Assembly: GCF_006345805.1 (NCBI RefSeq)
Contig: NC_043000.1
Location: forward strand, 115,568,001-115,632,000
Direction of reading: 5' to 3'
DNA: 64,000 nucleotides
Source of the DNA: Octopus sinensis
Taxonomy: Eukaryota
In this document: positions 25,288-38,576 of the stretch, piece by piece
Numbering within the stretch: position 1 is the first letter of the stretch
Layout: each line of letters begins with the position of its first letter
The notes under the pieces: model-generated
Database searches by the model: none
The model's input: only the letters and a program-made list of their open reading frames with translations
What the model was told of the DNA's origin: nothing
Program-made: the position numbers and the translations under genes

Positions 25288-25361
25288 GGCCGGTTAGCTC
25301 AGTTGGTTAGAGCGTCGTGCTAATAACGCGAATGTCGTGGGTTCGAGCCCCATACTGGCCA
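25288..25361 (+). tRNA. trnI-AAU: tRNA-Ile(AAT), inverted orientation
   Basis: Consensus sequence on + strand. Confidence 0.95.
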
Positions 25362-26039
25362 TATCCTCTTTTTTCTCTTAAGCTTACACTCTTTTATTTT
25401 CGACTTTTCCTTTCATTCTTTCAGGGTCGATAAATTAAGTACCAATTGCGTACTGGGCTCGATCTGACGCTTCACAATGGGCGTTGGTCTGTTTACGTCC
25501 CCGTAACTTGGCGTTTCGGCATAAAGACTCAAAGAATAGTATTAAAGAAAAATATATTGGTGGAAGGGCTGATGCCTTGGGCATTGAGCAGAAATGTCGA
25601 GGCGATAGTGGTGGCTGATTTTGACATTGTTTAAAATTTAATCTTTTACTTGTTTCGATCGTTGGTCTGTGGCCTTGCTGGAGCACCTTCTTGAAGTGGT
25701 CAAGTCGAGCAAACCAAATCAATATTTTTTGTGTGGTAGTATTTTATCGGTCCTTTTGCCGAAATGCCAGGGACGTAAAGTGACTAACTCCCGTTACGAA
25801 GCGTTGGTGGGACGGCACACACATCGATAGACATACACCCATATATACACAAGGGGCTTCCAAATAGTTTCCATTTAGCAGATTCATTGACAAGGCATTG
25901 GTTCGATCGGGACGATAGAAGACGTCGTTTATTCATGTTACGAATTTTGTGATCGAATGTGAAAGCAGGTGGTTGCAAACGGAAGTTCTTAACTATACAA
26001 CCATGCCTGCGCAAAAGAATGAAACGACAAAAAGCTACA

Positions 26040-26114
26040 TGACCAGTATGGGGGCTCGAACCCACGACATTCGCGTTATTAGCACGACGCTCTAACCAAC
26101 TGAGCTAACCGGCT
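26040..26114 (-). pseudogene. trnI-AAU: tRNA-Ile(AAT) probable pseudogene
   Basis: G1>A, C71>T, 1-nt insertion in the T-arm C run. Confidence 0.7.
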
Positions 26115-26335
26115 TTGCTGGATTTCAGAATTTTCAACATTGATGTCCTTATTGTGGTGAATGGCAGAAAAGATCTAGGTCGTTGGGTAGTATTTTGTTA
26201 TATCTCTTCACGCTGAGATTTCAAAGTCCACGAAAGTCGGCTTCAACTTTGAGGAGAGACAGAGTTGCCTGTAAGCGTAAACAGACTGATAAATGAACAC
26301 CTGCATACAAATAGGTATAGAACAAGAGAGAGAGA

Positions 26336-26380
<45 letters not shown>

Positions 26381-26427
26381 GGTTGAGGGAGGGAAATAGA
26401 AAGACAGAGATTGAATGACAGACAAAC

Positions 26428-26474
<47 letters not shown>

Positions 26475-26703
26475 AAGAAAGGTTTCTGGGTTTTTCCTAC
26501 ACTCTGCTATACCTCGTCTCCGTTTCCTTACATATCTTACAAATTAACATACTCCCTCCTACCCTCTAAATCTTCCCTTATTCCACTTGCAGCCTCGTCC
26601 TCCTCCTCACTGTTTCTTTTTAGCATATAATACCAAAAAGCTGGCGTAGGTTTAACCTCAAATTTCTTGGGACTATACTATTTTAGAAACAGCGTGTCTG
26701 TGT

Positions 26704-26797
26704 CTCGCGATAGCTCAGTTGGTAGAGCGGAGGACTGTAGTTTGTTATTGGAAAGTCTGACATCCTTAGGTCGGTGGTTCGAATCCGTCTCGCGAGA
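26704..26797 (+). tRNA. trnY-GUA: tRNA-Tyr(GTA), 21-nt intron
   Basis: Intact cloverleaf. Confidence 0.95.
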
Positions 26798-27196
26798 TTC
26801 ATGTTTTTTTTTTAAATTAAAATATTTTTTTGCTTTATCTTCCACTTGTTCCGGTTGTAAGACTGCGGTCATGCTGGAACCATTTTGTGGGGTGCATAAC
26901 TTGAGCAAACTCGGTCACTTGCCGAAAATCCAAGTGATGGGTACGAAAACACAGTAACTCCAGTTGCCAAGTGTCGGTGGGACGGCATAAACTACGACAC
27001 ATATACACACAACGGGATTCCATACAGTTTCCGTCTACCAGATTCACTGAGAAAGTATTGATTCGCAAGGAGATATAGAAGACGCTTATTCACGGTACGA
27101 ACTGTGGGATTGAATGTGAAAGCAGATGGTTGCAAAGCGATGTTCTTAATAATACAAGCATACCTGTGCAAAAGAATAAAGATATAAAAAACTATG

Positions 27197-27270
27197 TGGC
27201 CAGCATGGGGCTCGAACCCACGACATTCGCGTTATTAGCACGACGCTCTAACCAACTGAGCTAACCGGCC
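27197..27270 (-). tRNA. trnI-AAU: tRNA-Ile(AAT), A66>G (T7:G66 wobble)
   Basis: One tolerated substitution. Confidence 0.9.
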
Positions 27271-27603
27271 TCCTTCGAGAAGCCACCCGTCTTATCATTT
27301 GGGTAGTATTTTGTTATTTGTCTTTATGCTGTGAGTTCAAATTCCACAAAAGTCGGTTTCTATTTTAATCATTGTGGAGTTTTTTCAAGTAAGTAAACTA
27401 AGGGAATCAATATAATCGATTTCTCAAAAGGGCAGGGTTTCTTGTGTAAGGGTCCCATTTAACCCCGCAAAATTCTTTTCTTTTTGGAACATTCACACGA
27501 AAAAATAACTTTTTGTAATTTAAATTCTTTCCCGCCTCCACACTGTGTGTGCGTGTGTGTTCGTATGAGAGAGATAGAGAGGGAGAGGGAGATAGAGAGG
27601 GAG

Positions 27604-27681
<78 letters not shown>

Positions 27682-28294
27682 TGAGAGAGAGTGTCTTATA
27701 ACACTGAAGTCGCGTGCGCAAGTTCATTCAACATTAATATTTGTGTCTCTGCCTCTGTATGTATTCTGAGCATGTGTGTATCTGTCTATGTATCAATGTT
27801 TTCTTGAAATTCCAAGCTTCAGTCGGTGGATTTAAAAAAAACCGCAGGTGGCGGTGATAGTGATGGCTGGCGGTATCGCTGGAGCGTCGGACGAAATGCT
27901 TTGCCATTATTCACTTAGACGCATCTCGTTAAATTTTATGTTCAGAATTCAAATGACATGAAGATAACTTTCCTATTCTTTCTCTCCTCCCGGAGTCGAT
28001 GTAACAAAGTAATAAACAGCTAAATTCATGCTACAGAATACAACGAGTGTTTTAAAAAGATCCGATATGTGAAGTTAAAGCTATTGTTTGATTGGATAAT
28101 AGTTGGGCAAGACACTCGTGTACTGAGACCGACAGATAGACTGACTGGGAGAAAGAAGCTTACAGATAGACGCCTTGATTTATAAATAGATACGAAGAAG
28201 TAGATAGACACTAATATGGACACCTATACAAAGACAGATCAACAAACTTCACATTTCTTATGACTAAATTAGTTTAGAGGCGATGTTTCCGTGT

Positions 28295-28382
28295 CTGGAC
28301 GATACCTTGGTAGATTGGAGGACTAGTTTCTATTTAAACGTTTGACATCCTTAGGTCGGTGGTTCAAATCTTTCTCACGAGT
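28295..28382 (+). pseudogene. trnY-GUA: tRNA-Tyr pseudogene
   Basis: Paralogue of 19706 with extra deletions. Confidence 0.85.
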
Positions 28383-28801
28383 TTCGTGTTTTGTTTTTTT
28401 GTTGTTATTTTGAAAAATTAAAATAATTCTTTATTTTAACTTTTACTTGTTTCGATCGTTGGAGTACGGCCTTGCTGGAGCACCTTCTTGATGTGTTCAA
28501 GTCGAGCAAACAGACTCTTCATATTTTTGTGTGGTATTATTTCATCGGTCGATTTACCAAAATCGTTGTGAACCGTTGGGTGTCACAGCATATACTTTGA
28601 CGGATATACACTCGTATATACACAATGGGCTTCCGCACAGTTTCCGTCCACCAGATTCACTGCCAAAGCATTGTTCGATCGGGACTATAGAAGACGATGC
28701 TTATTCATAGTACGAACTTTGGGATTGAATGTGAAAGCAGGTGGTTGCAAAAGGAAGTCCTTAACCATGCCTGCGAAAAGAATGAAACTACAAAAGATAA
28801 T

Positions 28802-28875
28802 GTACCAGTATGGGGCTCGAACCCACGACATTCGCGTTTATTGCCACGACGCTCTAACAACTGAGCTAACCGGCC
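28802..28875 (-). pseudogene. trnI-AAU: tRNA-Ile copy with several 1-nt indels (pseudogene or consensus error)
   Basis: Indels in anticodon arm and D loop relative to 33073 copy. Confidence 0.55.
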
Positions 28876-30160
28876 TTCGATAACTTGGCATCGTTTTAAA
28901 CGTTGACGTCCTTATTGTGGGAATGGTTGAAACTTTATATGTGTGGGTAGTAGTTATTTTGTTATTTCTATTCTCTTCTCTAAGTTCAAACTTACGAAAG
29001 TCGGCTTCTGCTTTACCCATTGTGGAGTTTTTAAAGTAAGTCAAGATAAAGGAATCATGCAATTGATTTCTCGAAAGGGCGAACTTCTTGTTTAAGCGTC
29101 CCATTTAACCCCGTAAAAGTTTTTTTTTTGGATCATTCAGAGAAAGAAAAACTTCTGTAATTTAAATTCCTTCCCGTCTCCACACTAAGTGTGTGTGGAG
29201 GGTGTAGGGTGTGTGTGGAGGGTGGGCGGTGATGAGAGAGAGAGAGAGAGAGGGAGAGAGAGAGAGGAGGAGAGAGAGAGGGAGAGAGAGAGGAGAGAGA
29301 GAGAGAGTGTTCTAACGCCCATGTCGGCCTGCGTAAGTTTTCATTCAACATTAATATTTGTGTCTCTGCCTCTTTATGTATTCCGAGCATGTGTGTATTT
29401 GTCTATGTTATCAGTGTTTTCGTGAAATTCCTAAGTCGGTGGATTTTAAAAAACAGCAGGTGGCGGTGATGAAGATGGCTGCTGGTATCGTTGTTTTATG
29501 TTTGTTCTTTTTTAATCAAAATAATTATTTATTTTAATTTTTACGTGTTTCGAGTGTTGGACGGCCTTGATGGAACACCTTGAAGTGTTCAAGTCGAGCA
29601 AATACACTCTATATTTTTGTATTGTATTTTATCGGTCGTTTTGCTGAAATGCTAGGTTACGGGGACTTAAACAGAACAAATCCCGTTGTGACCGTTTGGT
29701 GGGACGGTATACGCATTGACATTAGGGCGGCGAGCTGGCACGCCGGACGAAATGCTTAGCAGTATTTCGTCTGCCGCTACGTTCTGAGTTCAAATTCCGC
29801 CGAGGTTGACTTGGCTTTCATCCTTTCGGGGTCGATAAATAAGTACAAGTTACGCACTGGGGTCGATGTAATCGAATTAATACGTAAGTCTGTCCTTGTT
29901 GTCGCCTCATGTTTAGCCTCTTGTGGGTAATAAAGAAATAGAAATAGGTATACACATTGACAGATATACACCCATATATACAAACGGGATCCACACAGTT
30001 TCCGTCCACCAGATTCATTGCCAAAGCATTGGTTCGATCGGGACGATAGAAGACGACGCTTATTCATGGTACGAACTTTGGGATTGAATGTGAAAGCAGT
30101 GGTTGCAAAAGGAAGTCCTTAACCATGCCTGCGAAAAGAATGAAACTACAAAAGATAATG

Positions 30161-30228
30161 TGACCAGTTGGCTCGAACCCACGACATTCGCGTTATTAGC
30201 AGACGCTCTACCAAAGAGCTAACCGGCC
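30161..30228 (-). pseudogene. trnI-AAU: tRNA-Ile copy with ~6 deleted bases (pseudogene or consensus error)
   Basis: 68 nt versus 74 nt. Confidence 0.55.
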
Positions 30229-30656
30229 TTCGATAACTTGGCATCGTTTTAACGTGACCGTCCTTATTGTGGGAATGGTTGAAACTTTATAGGGTCGGGT
30301 AGTATTTTGTTATTTCTCTTTCTTCTCTAAGTTCAAACTCTACGAAAGTCGGCTTCTGCTTTACCATTGTGGAGTTTTTAAAGTAAGTCAAGTAAGGGAA
30401 TCAATGCAATTGATTTCTCGAAAGGGCCGAACTTCTTGTTTAAGCGTCCCATTTAACCCGTCGTAAAAGTTTTTTTTTTGGATCATTCAGAAGAAAGAAA
30501 AACTTCTTGTAATAAATTCTTTCCCGTCTCCACAATAAGTGTGTGGGAGGGTGTAGGGGTGTAGGGTGTGTGTGAGAGAGGAGAGAAGGGAGAGAGAGGA
30601 GGAGGGTAGGAGTGGTGAGAGAGAGTGAGAGAGAGAGAGAGGGAGATAGGAGAGAG

Positions 30657-30689
<33 letters not shown>

Positions 30690-30699
30690 TAGATGGAGA

Positions 30700-30739
<40 letters not shown>

Positions 30740-31599
30740 GTGTTCTAACGCCCATGTCGCCTGCGTAAGTTCATCAACATTAATATTTGTTTGCTCTGCC
30801 TCTTTATGTATTCCGAGCATGTGTGTATTTGTCTATGTATCAGTGTTTTCGTGAAATTCTAAGTCGGTGGATTTTAAAAAACAGCAGGTGGCGGTGATGA
30901 AGATGCACTGCTGGTATCGTTTGTTTCTGTTTGTTCTTTTTTTAATCAAAATAATTATTTATTTTAATTTTTACGTGTTTCGAGTGTTGGACGGCTTGAT
31001 GGAACACCTTGAAGTGTTCAAGTCGAGCAAATACACTCTATATTTTTTTGTATTGTATTTTTTATCGGTCGTTTTGCTGAAATGCTAGGTTACGGGGACT
31101 TAAACAGAACAAATCCCGTTGTGAACCGTTTGGTGGGACGGTATACGCATTGAAAACATTAGGGCGGCGAGCTGGCACGCCGGACGAAATGCTTAGCAGT
31201 ATTTCGTCTGCCGCTACGTCTGAGTTCAAATTCCGCCGAGGTTGACTTTGGCTTTCATCCTTTCGGGGTCGAAAATTAAGTACAAGTTACGCACTGGGGT
31301 CGATGTAATCGAATTAATACGTAAGTCTGTCCTTGTTTGTCGCCTCTATGTTTAGCCTCTTGTGGGTAATAAAGAAATAGAAATAGTATACACATTGACA
31401 GATATACACCCATATATACACAACGGGTTCCACACAGTTTCCGTCCACCAGATTCATTGCCAAAGCATTGGGTCGATCGGGACGATAGAAGACGACGCTT
31501 ATTCATGTACGAACTTTGGGATTGAATGTGAAAGCAGGTGGTTGCAAAAGGAAGTCCTTAACCATGCCTGCGAAAAGAATGAAACTACAAAAGATAATG

Positions 31600-31671
31600 T
31601 GACCAGTATGGGGCGAACCCACGACATTCGCGTTATTAGCACGACGCTCTAACCAACTGAGCTAACCGGCC
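31600..31671 (-). pseudogene. trnI-AAU: tRNA-Ile copy with 2-nt T-loop deletion (pseudogene or consensus error)
   Basis: ggggcgaaccc instead of ggggctcgaaccc. Confidence 0.55.
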
Positions 31672-32105
31672 TTCGATAACTTGGCATCGTTTTAACGTTG
31701 ACGTCCTTATTGTGGGAATGGTTGAAACTTTATATGGTCGGGTAGTATTTTGTTATTTTCTTTCTTCTCTAAGTTCAAACTCTACGAAAGTCGGCTTCTG
31801 CTTTACCCATTGTGGAGTTTTTTAAAGTAAGTCAAGTAAAGGAATCAATGCAATTGATTTCTCGAAAGGGCCGAACTTCTTGTTTAAGCGTCCCATTTAA
31901 CCCCGTAAAGTTTTTTTTTGGATCATTCAGAAGAAAGAAAAATTCTTGTATTAAATTCTTTCCCGTCTCCACACTAAGTGTGTGTGGAGGGTGTAGGGTG
32001 TGTAGGGTGTGCGGTGTGAGAGGAGAGAGAGAGGAGGGAGTGTGGAGAGAGAGAGAGGGAGAGAGGAGGAGAGATGAGTGAGACGGTGAGGTGAGAGAGG
32101 AGAGA

Positions 32106-32216
<111 letters not shown>

Positions 32217-33072
32217 TTCTAACGCCCATGTCGCCTGCGTAAGTTCATTCAACATTAATATTTGTGTCTCTGCCTCTTTATGTATTCCGAGCATGTGTGT
32301 ATTTGTCTATGTATCAGTGTTTTCGTGAAATTCTAAGTCGGTGGATTTTAAAAAACAGCAGGTGGCGGTGATGAAGATGGCTGCTGGTATCGTTGTTTTT
32401 CTGTTTGTTCTTTTTTTAATCAAAATAATTATTTATTTTAATTTTTACGTGTTTCGAGTGTTGGACGGCCTTGATGGAACACCTTGAAGTGTTCAAGTCG
32501 AGCAAATACACTCTATATTTTTGTATTGTATTTTTTATCGGTCGTTTTGCTGAAATGCTAGGTACGGGGACTTAAACAGAACAAATCCCGTGTGAACCGT
32601 TTGGTGGGACGGTATACGCATTGACATTAGGGCGGCGAGCTGGCACGCCGGACGAAATGCTTAGCAGTATTTCGTCTGCCGCTACGTTCTGAGTTCAAAT
32701 TCCGCCGAGGTCGACTTTGGCTTTCATCCTTTCGGGGTCGATAAATTAAGTACAAGTTACGCACTGGGGTCGATGTAATCGAATTAATACGTAAGTCTGT
32801 CCTTGTTTGTCGCCTCTATGTTTAGCCTCTTGTGGGTAATAAAGAAATAGAAATAGGTATACACATTGACAGATATACACCCATATATACACAACGGGCT
32901 TCCACACAGTTTCCGTCCACCAGATTCATTGCCAAAGCATTGGTTCGATCGGGACGATAGAAGACGACGCTTATTCATGGTACGAACTTTGGGATTGAAT
33001 GTGAAAGCAGGTGGTTGCAAAAGGAAGTCCTTAACCATGCCTGCGAAAAGAATGAAACTACAAAAGATAATG

Positions 33073-33146
33073 TGACCAGTATGGGGCTCGAACCCACGAC
33101 ATTCGCGTTATTAGCACGACGCTCTAACCAACTGAGCTAACCGGCC
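33073..33146 (-). tRNA. trnI-AAU: tRNA-Ile(AAT), C71>T (G2:T71 wobble)
   Basis: Otherwise consensus. Confidence 0.85.
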
Positions 33147-33521
33147 TTCGATAACTAGGCATCGTTTTAACGTTGACGTCCTTATTGTGGGAATGGTTGA
33201 AACTTTATATGGTCGGGTAGTATTTTGTTATTTCTCTTTCTTCTCTAAGTTCAAACTCTACGAAAGTCGGCTTCTGCTTTACCCATTGTGGAGTTTTTAA
33301 AGTAAGTCAAGTAAAGGAATCAATGCAATTGATTTCTCGAAAGGGCCGAACTTCTTGTTTAAGCGTCCCATTTAACCCCGTAAAAGTTTTTTTTTTGGAT
33401 CATTCAGAAGAAAGAAAAACTTCTTGTAATTTAAATTCTTTCCCGTCTCCACACTAAGTGTGTGTGGAGGGTGTAGGGTGTGTGTGGAGGGTGTGCGGTG
33501 TGAGAGAGAGAGAGAGAGAGG

Positions 33522-33572
<51 letters not shown>

Positions 33573-34434
33573 TTCTAACGCCCATGTCGCCTGCGTAAGT
33601 TCATTCAACATTAATATTTGTGTCTCTGCCTCTTTATGTATTCCGAGCATGTGTGTATTTGTCTATGTATCAGTGTTTTCGTGAAATTCTAAGTCGGTGG
33701 ATTTTAAAAAACAGCAGGTGGCGGTGATGAAGATGGCTGCTGGTATCGTTGTTTTTCTGTTTGTTCTTTTTTTAATCAAAATAATTATTTATTTTAATTT
33801 TTACGTGTTTCGAGTGTTGGACGGCCTTGATGGAACACCTTGAAGTGTTCAAGTCGAGCAAATACACTCTATATTTTTGTATTGTATTTTTTATCGGTCG
33901 TTTTGCTGAAATGCTAGGTTACGGGGACTTAAACAGAACAAATCCCGTTGTGAACCGTTTGGTGGGACGGTATACGCATTGACATTAGGGCGGCGAGCTG
34001 GCACGCCGGACGAAATGCTTAGCAGTATTTCGTCTGCCGCTACGTTCTGAGTTCAAATTCCGCCGAGGTCGACTTTGGCTTTCATCCTTTCGGGGTCGAT
34101 AAATTAAGTACAAGTTACGCACTGGGGTCGATGTAATCGAATTAATACGTAAGTCTGTCCTTGTTTGTCGCCTCTATGTTTAGCCTCTTGTGGGTAATAA
34201 AGAAATAGAAATAGGTATACACATTGACATATATACACCCATATATACACAACGGGCTTCCACGCAGTTTCCGTCCACCAGATTCATTGCCAAAGCATTG
34301 GTTCGATCGGGACGATAGAAGACGACGCTTATTCATGGTACGAACTTTGGGATTGAATGTGAAAGCAGGTGGTTGCAAAAGGAAGTCCTTAACCATACAA
34401 CCCTGCGCAAAAAGAATGCAAGCTCAAAAAGCTG

Positions 34435-34508
34435 TAACGAGCATGGGGCTCGAACACACGACATTTGCGATATTAGCACGACGCACTAACCAACTGAGAT
34501 AACCGACC
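34435..34508 (-). pseudogene. trnI-AAU: tRNA-Ile(AAT) pseudogene
   Basis: Same lesions as 13820. Confidence 0.9.
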
Positions 34509-34685
34509 TTCGTGGGAGATAAACACTTTTAACATTGATGTCCTTATTTTGGTGAATGGCAGAAAAGCTTGAGCGTAGTATCTTGTTATTTGTCTTTGGG
34601 CTCTGAGTCCAAATTCTACGCAAGGACGCTTCAACTTTGAAGAGAGACAGAGTGGCCTGTAAGCATAAACAGACTGATAAAGAAC

Positions 34686-34731
<46 letters not shown>

Positions 34732-35069
34732 GAGAGAGAGAGGAGAGAGGGGGGGGATGGAGTGAAATAGAAAGACCGATTGAATGACAGATAGATAGAT
34801 AGATAGATAGAAAGGTTTACGAATTTATCCTAAACACTGCTATATTCCGTCTCCGTTTTCTTACACGTATTACATAATAGCATATTCCCTCCTCCCCTCT
34901 AAATCTTCCATTATTCCAGTTGCCTCCTCACCTGCCCCTCCACCACGTCGTCGTCATCCTCCTCCCCATCCTCCCTGTTTCTTTCTCTGACATTATATCA
35001 GAAAGCTGGTGTATTTTTAACTTCACATTTCTTAGGACTAAACTATTTTCACATGTGGTGACAGTGTGT

Positions 35070-35163
35070 TTCGCGATAGCTCAGTTGGTAGAGCGGAGGA
35101 CTGTAGTTTGTTAATTAAACGTCTGACATCCTTAGGTCGGTGGTTCGAATCCGTCTCGCGTGT
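35070..35163 (+). pseudogene. trnY-GUA: tRNA-Tyr(GTA) probable pseudogene
   Basis: C1>T, A71>T, A73>T: loses the C1:G72/A73 Tyr identity elements. Confidence 0.7.
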
Positions 35164-35753
35164 TTCGTGTTTTTTTTTTTTTTTAAGTAAAACATTTCTT
35201 TATCTTATCTTTCACTTGACTTTACGCTATGAGTTCAAATTCTATGAAAATCGGCTTCAACTTTGAAGAGAGACAGAGTTACCTGTAAGCATAAACAGGC
35301 TGATAAATAAACACCTGCAAACAAATAGCTAGGTAGCTATGTGTATGCACGTGTTTATTCAGATTCCAGTTGTATGACTGCGGTCATGCTGAAACTATTT
35401 TGTGGAGTACATAAGTCGAGTAAACGCTGTCAGTATATTTTCGTGTGGTACTATTTCATCGGACGTCTTACCGAAAATTGAAGTTACGGGTACGAAAACA
35501 CAGTAATTCCAGTTGCCAAGTGTCGGTGGGACGGCAAACACAACGAGACATATACACACCACGGGATTGCATACAGTTTCCGTCTACCAGATTCACTGAG
35601 AAGGTATAGACTTTCTAGGAGATACAGAAGACACTTATTCACGGTACGAACTGTGGGATTGAATGTGAAAGCGGATGGTTGCAAAGCGAAGTTCTTAATC
35701 ATACAACTATACCTGCGCAAAAGAATGCAAATATATATAAAAAAAAAGCTATA

Positions 35754-35827
35754 TGGCCAGTATGGGGCTCGAACCCACGACATTCGCGTTATTAGCACGA
35801 CGCTCTAACCAACTGAGCTAACCGGCC
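35754..35827 (-). tRNA. trnI-AAU: tRNA-Ile(AAT)
   Basis: Consensus sequence. Confidence 0.95.
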
Positions 35828-36566
35828 CTCGGCCATTCCGTAATCGTTTTAACATTGACGTCCTTATTGTGGGAATGGCTGACCATCTAAATGGTTCAGT
35901 AGTATTTTGTCATTTGTCTTTACGCTGTAAGTTCAAGCTCTACGAAAGTCGGCTTCAGATTTAATCATTGTGGAGTTGTCTGTCAAGTAGGTTCTGTCAA
36001 GTAAGTTCAATGAACTTTTTATATTTTTGTCTCTGCCTCTGTATGTATTCCGAGCATGTGTGTATCTGTCTATGTATCAGTGTTTCCATTAAATTTTATT
36101 TCGGTGGATTTAAAAAACAGCAGGTGGTGATGGTGATGGCTGGCGGTATCGTTGGATCATGGGACGAAATGCTTTGCGGCTATTTAGTTAGACGCATCTC
36201 GTTAAATTTAATGTTCAGAATTCAAATGACATGGAGATAACTTTCCTATTCTTGCTCTGCTTCCGGAGTCGATGTAACAAAGTAATAAACAGCTGAATAC
36301 AGGCTATAGAATACAACGAGTCTTTTAAAAAGATCCGATATGTGAAGTTAAAGCTAACGTTGATTGGATAATAGTTGGGCAAGACACTCGTGTACTGAGA
36401 CCGACAGATAGACTGACTGGGAGAAAGAAGCTTACAGATAGACACCTTCATTTATAAATAGAGACCAATAAATAGATAGACACTCATATGGACACCTATA
36501 CAAAGACAGATCAACAAACTTCACATTTCTTATGACTAAATTAGTTTAGAGGCGATGTTTCCGTGT

Positions 36567-36660
36567 CTGGGCGATACCTTAGTTGGTGGAGCGGAGGATA
36601 GTAGTTTGTATTTAAACGTTTGACATCCTCAGGTCGGTGGTTCAAATCTTTCTCACAAGA
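36567..36660 (+). pseudogene. trnY-GUA: tRNA-Tyr pseudogene
   Basis: Paralogue of 19706 with the same degenerate pattern. Confidence 0.9.
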
Positions 36661-37086
36661 TTCGTGTCTTATTTTTTGTTTGTTTGTTCTTTTTTTTAAT
36701 TAAAATAATTCTTAATTTTAACTTTTACTTGTTTCGATCGTTGGAACATTTTCTTCAGGTGGTCAAGTGGAATTATATATATTTTTGTGAGGTATTATTT
36801 TCTCCATCTTTCTGCCGAAATGCCAGGGTACGGTGACAGACTAACTCCCGTTGTGTGGGATGGCATACACATCGATAGATATACATCTATATATACACAA
36901 CGGGCTTCCACACAGTTTTCGTCTACCAGATTCACTGACAAAGAATTGGCACGATCGGGACTATAGAAGACGACGCTTATTCATGGTACGAACTTTGGGA
37001 TTGAACGTGAAAGTAGGTGGTTGCAAAGGGAAATCCTTAACCATACAAGCATGTCTGCGCAAAAAAATGCAAAGATAAAATGTACA

Positions 37087-37160
37087 TGGCCAGAATGGGG
37101 CTCGAACCCACGACATTCGCGTTATTAGCACGACGCTCTAACCAACTGAGCTAACCGGCC
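37087..37160 (-). tRNA. trnI-AAU: tRNA-Ile(AAT), A66>T (T7:T66 mismatch)
   Basis: One substitution. Confidence 0.8.
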
Positions 37161-37634
37161 TTCGACAACCGACAAACCGTTTCAACATTAATGTCCTTAT
37201 TCTGGGGAATAGCTGAAAAGGTAGCTCGTTTATGTAGTATTTTGTGGTCTTTACGCTATGAGTTCAAATTCTATGAAAGTCGGCTTCAACTTTGAAGAGA
37301 GACAGAGTTACCTGTAAGCATAAACAGGCTGATAAATAAACACCTGCAAGCAAATAGCTAGGTAGCTATGTGTATGCACGTGTTTATTCAGATAGATAGA
37401 TAGATAAATGGAACAAGGGGGAGATGGGGAGGGAGGGAGGACATTAAACGTGAGACTGACAGATAGATAAATAAATATAAATAGATTTCCAGGTCTTTCT
37501 TAAACACTGCTGTATTCCGTCTCCGTTTCCTTACGTGTGTTACACACCAACACATTCCCCCTCCCCTCTAAACCTTTCCTTATTCCGCTTGCCGCATCCT
37601 AAACTTCCTCCTCCTCCTCGTCTTCTCTGCTTCT

Positions 37635-38395
37635 CTCTCTCACGTAATCCTTTTCTACTCTAGGCACAAGGCCCGAAATTTTGGGTGTGTGTGCCAGTCG
37701 ATTAGATCGACCGCAGTACGCAACTGGTATTTGATTTATCGACCCCGAAAGGATGAAAGGTAAAGTCGACCTCGGTGGAATTTGAACTCAGAACATAAAG
37801 ACAGACGAAATACCTATTTCTGTACTGCCCAAAAGGGGCTACACGCAGAGGAGACAAACAAGGACAGACAAACGGATTAAGTCGATTATATCGACCCCAG
37901 TGCGTAACTGGTACTTATTCAATCGACGCCGAAAGGATGAAAGGCAAAGTCGACCTCGGGGAATTTGAACTCAGAACATAAAGACAGACGAAATACCTAT
38001 TTCTTTACTACCCACAAAGGGCTACACACAGAGGGAACAAACAAGGACAGACAAACGGATTAAGTTGATTACATCGACCCCAGTGCGTAAATGGTACTTA
38101 TTCAATCGACCCCGAAAGGATGAAAGGCAAAGTCGACCTCGACAGAATTTGAACTCAGAACGTAAAGACAGACGAAATACCTATTTCTTTACTACCCACA
38201 AGGGGCTAAACATAGAGGGGACAAACAAGGACAGACACACGGATTAAGTCGATTATATCGACCCTAGTTCGTAACTGGTACTTATTTAATCGACCCCGAT
38301 TCTCGGCGGAATTTGAACTCAGAATATAACGGCAGACGAAATACGGCTACGCATTTCGCCCGGCATGCTAACGTTTCTGCCAGCTCGGCAGCCTT
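37635..38395 (-). mobile_element. head-to-tail multimer of SINE family M (~180-bp units, about 4 copies)
   Basis: cgaccccgaaaggatgaaaggcaaagtcgacc recurs at ~37740, 37925, 38108, partial 38290. Confidence 0.75.
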
Positions 38396-38482
38396 CCTTC
38401 TCTCATATAATATCAAACAGCTGGCGTAGGTTTACTTTTACATTTCTTAGGACTAAACTATTCTAGAAGAAACTGTTAGTGT

Positions 38483-38576
38483 CTCGCGATAGCTCAGTTG
38501 GTAGAGCGGAGGGCTGTAGTGTGTTAGTTAAGCGTCTGACATCCTTAGGTCGATGGTTCGAATCCGTCTCGCGAGA
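38483..38576 (+). tRNA. trnY-GUA: tRNA-Tyr(GTA), 21-nt intron, G31 and A50 variants
   Basis: G31:T39 wobble, otherwise intact. Confidence 0.85.

Noticed and set aside
28802-31671. Apparent anticodon or loop novelties in three Ile copies
   Set aside because: The surrounding DNA has many 1-nt indels versus the clean copy at 32.3-33.7 kb, typical of unpolished long-read consensus; not treated as biology.
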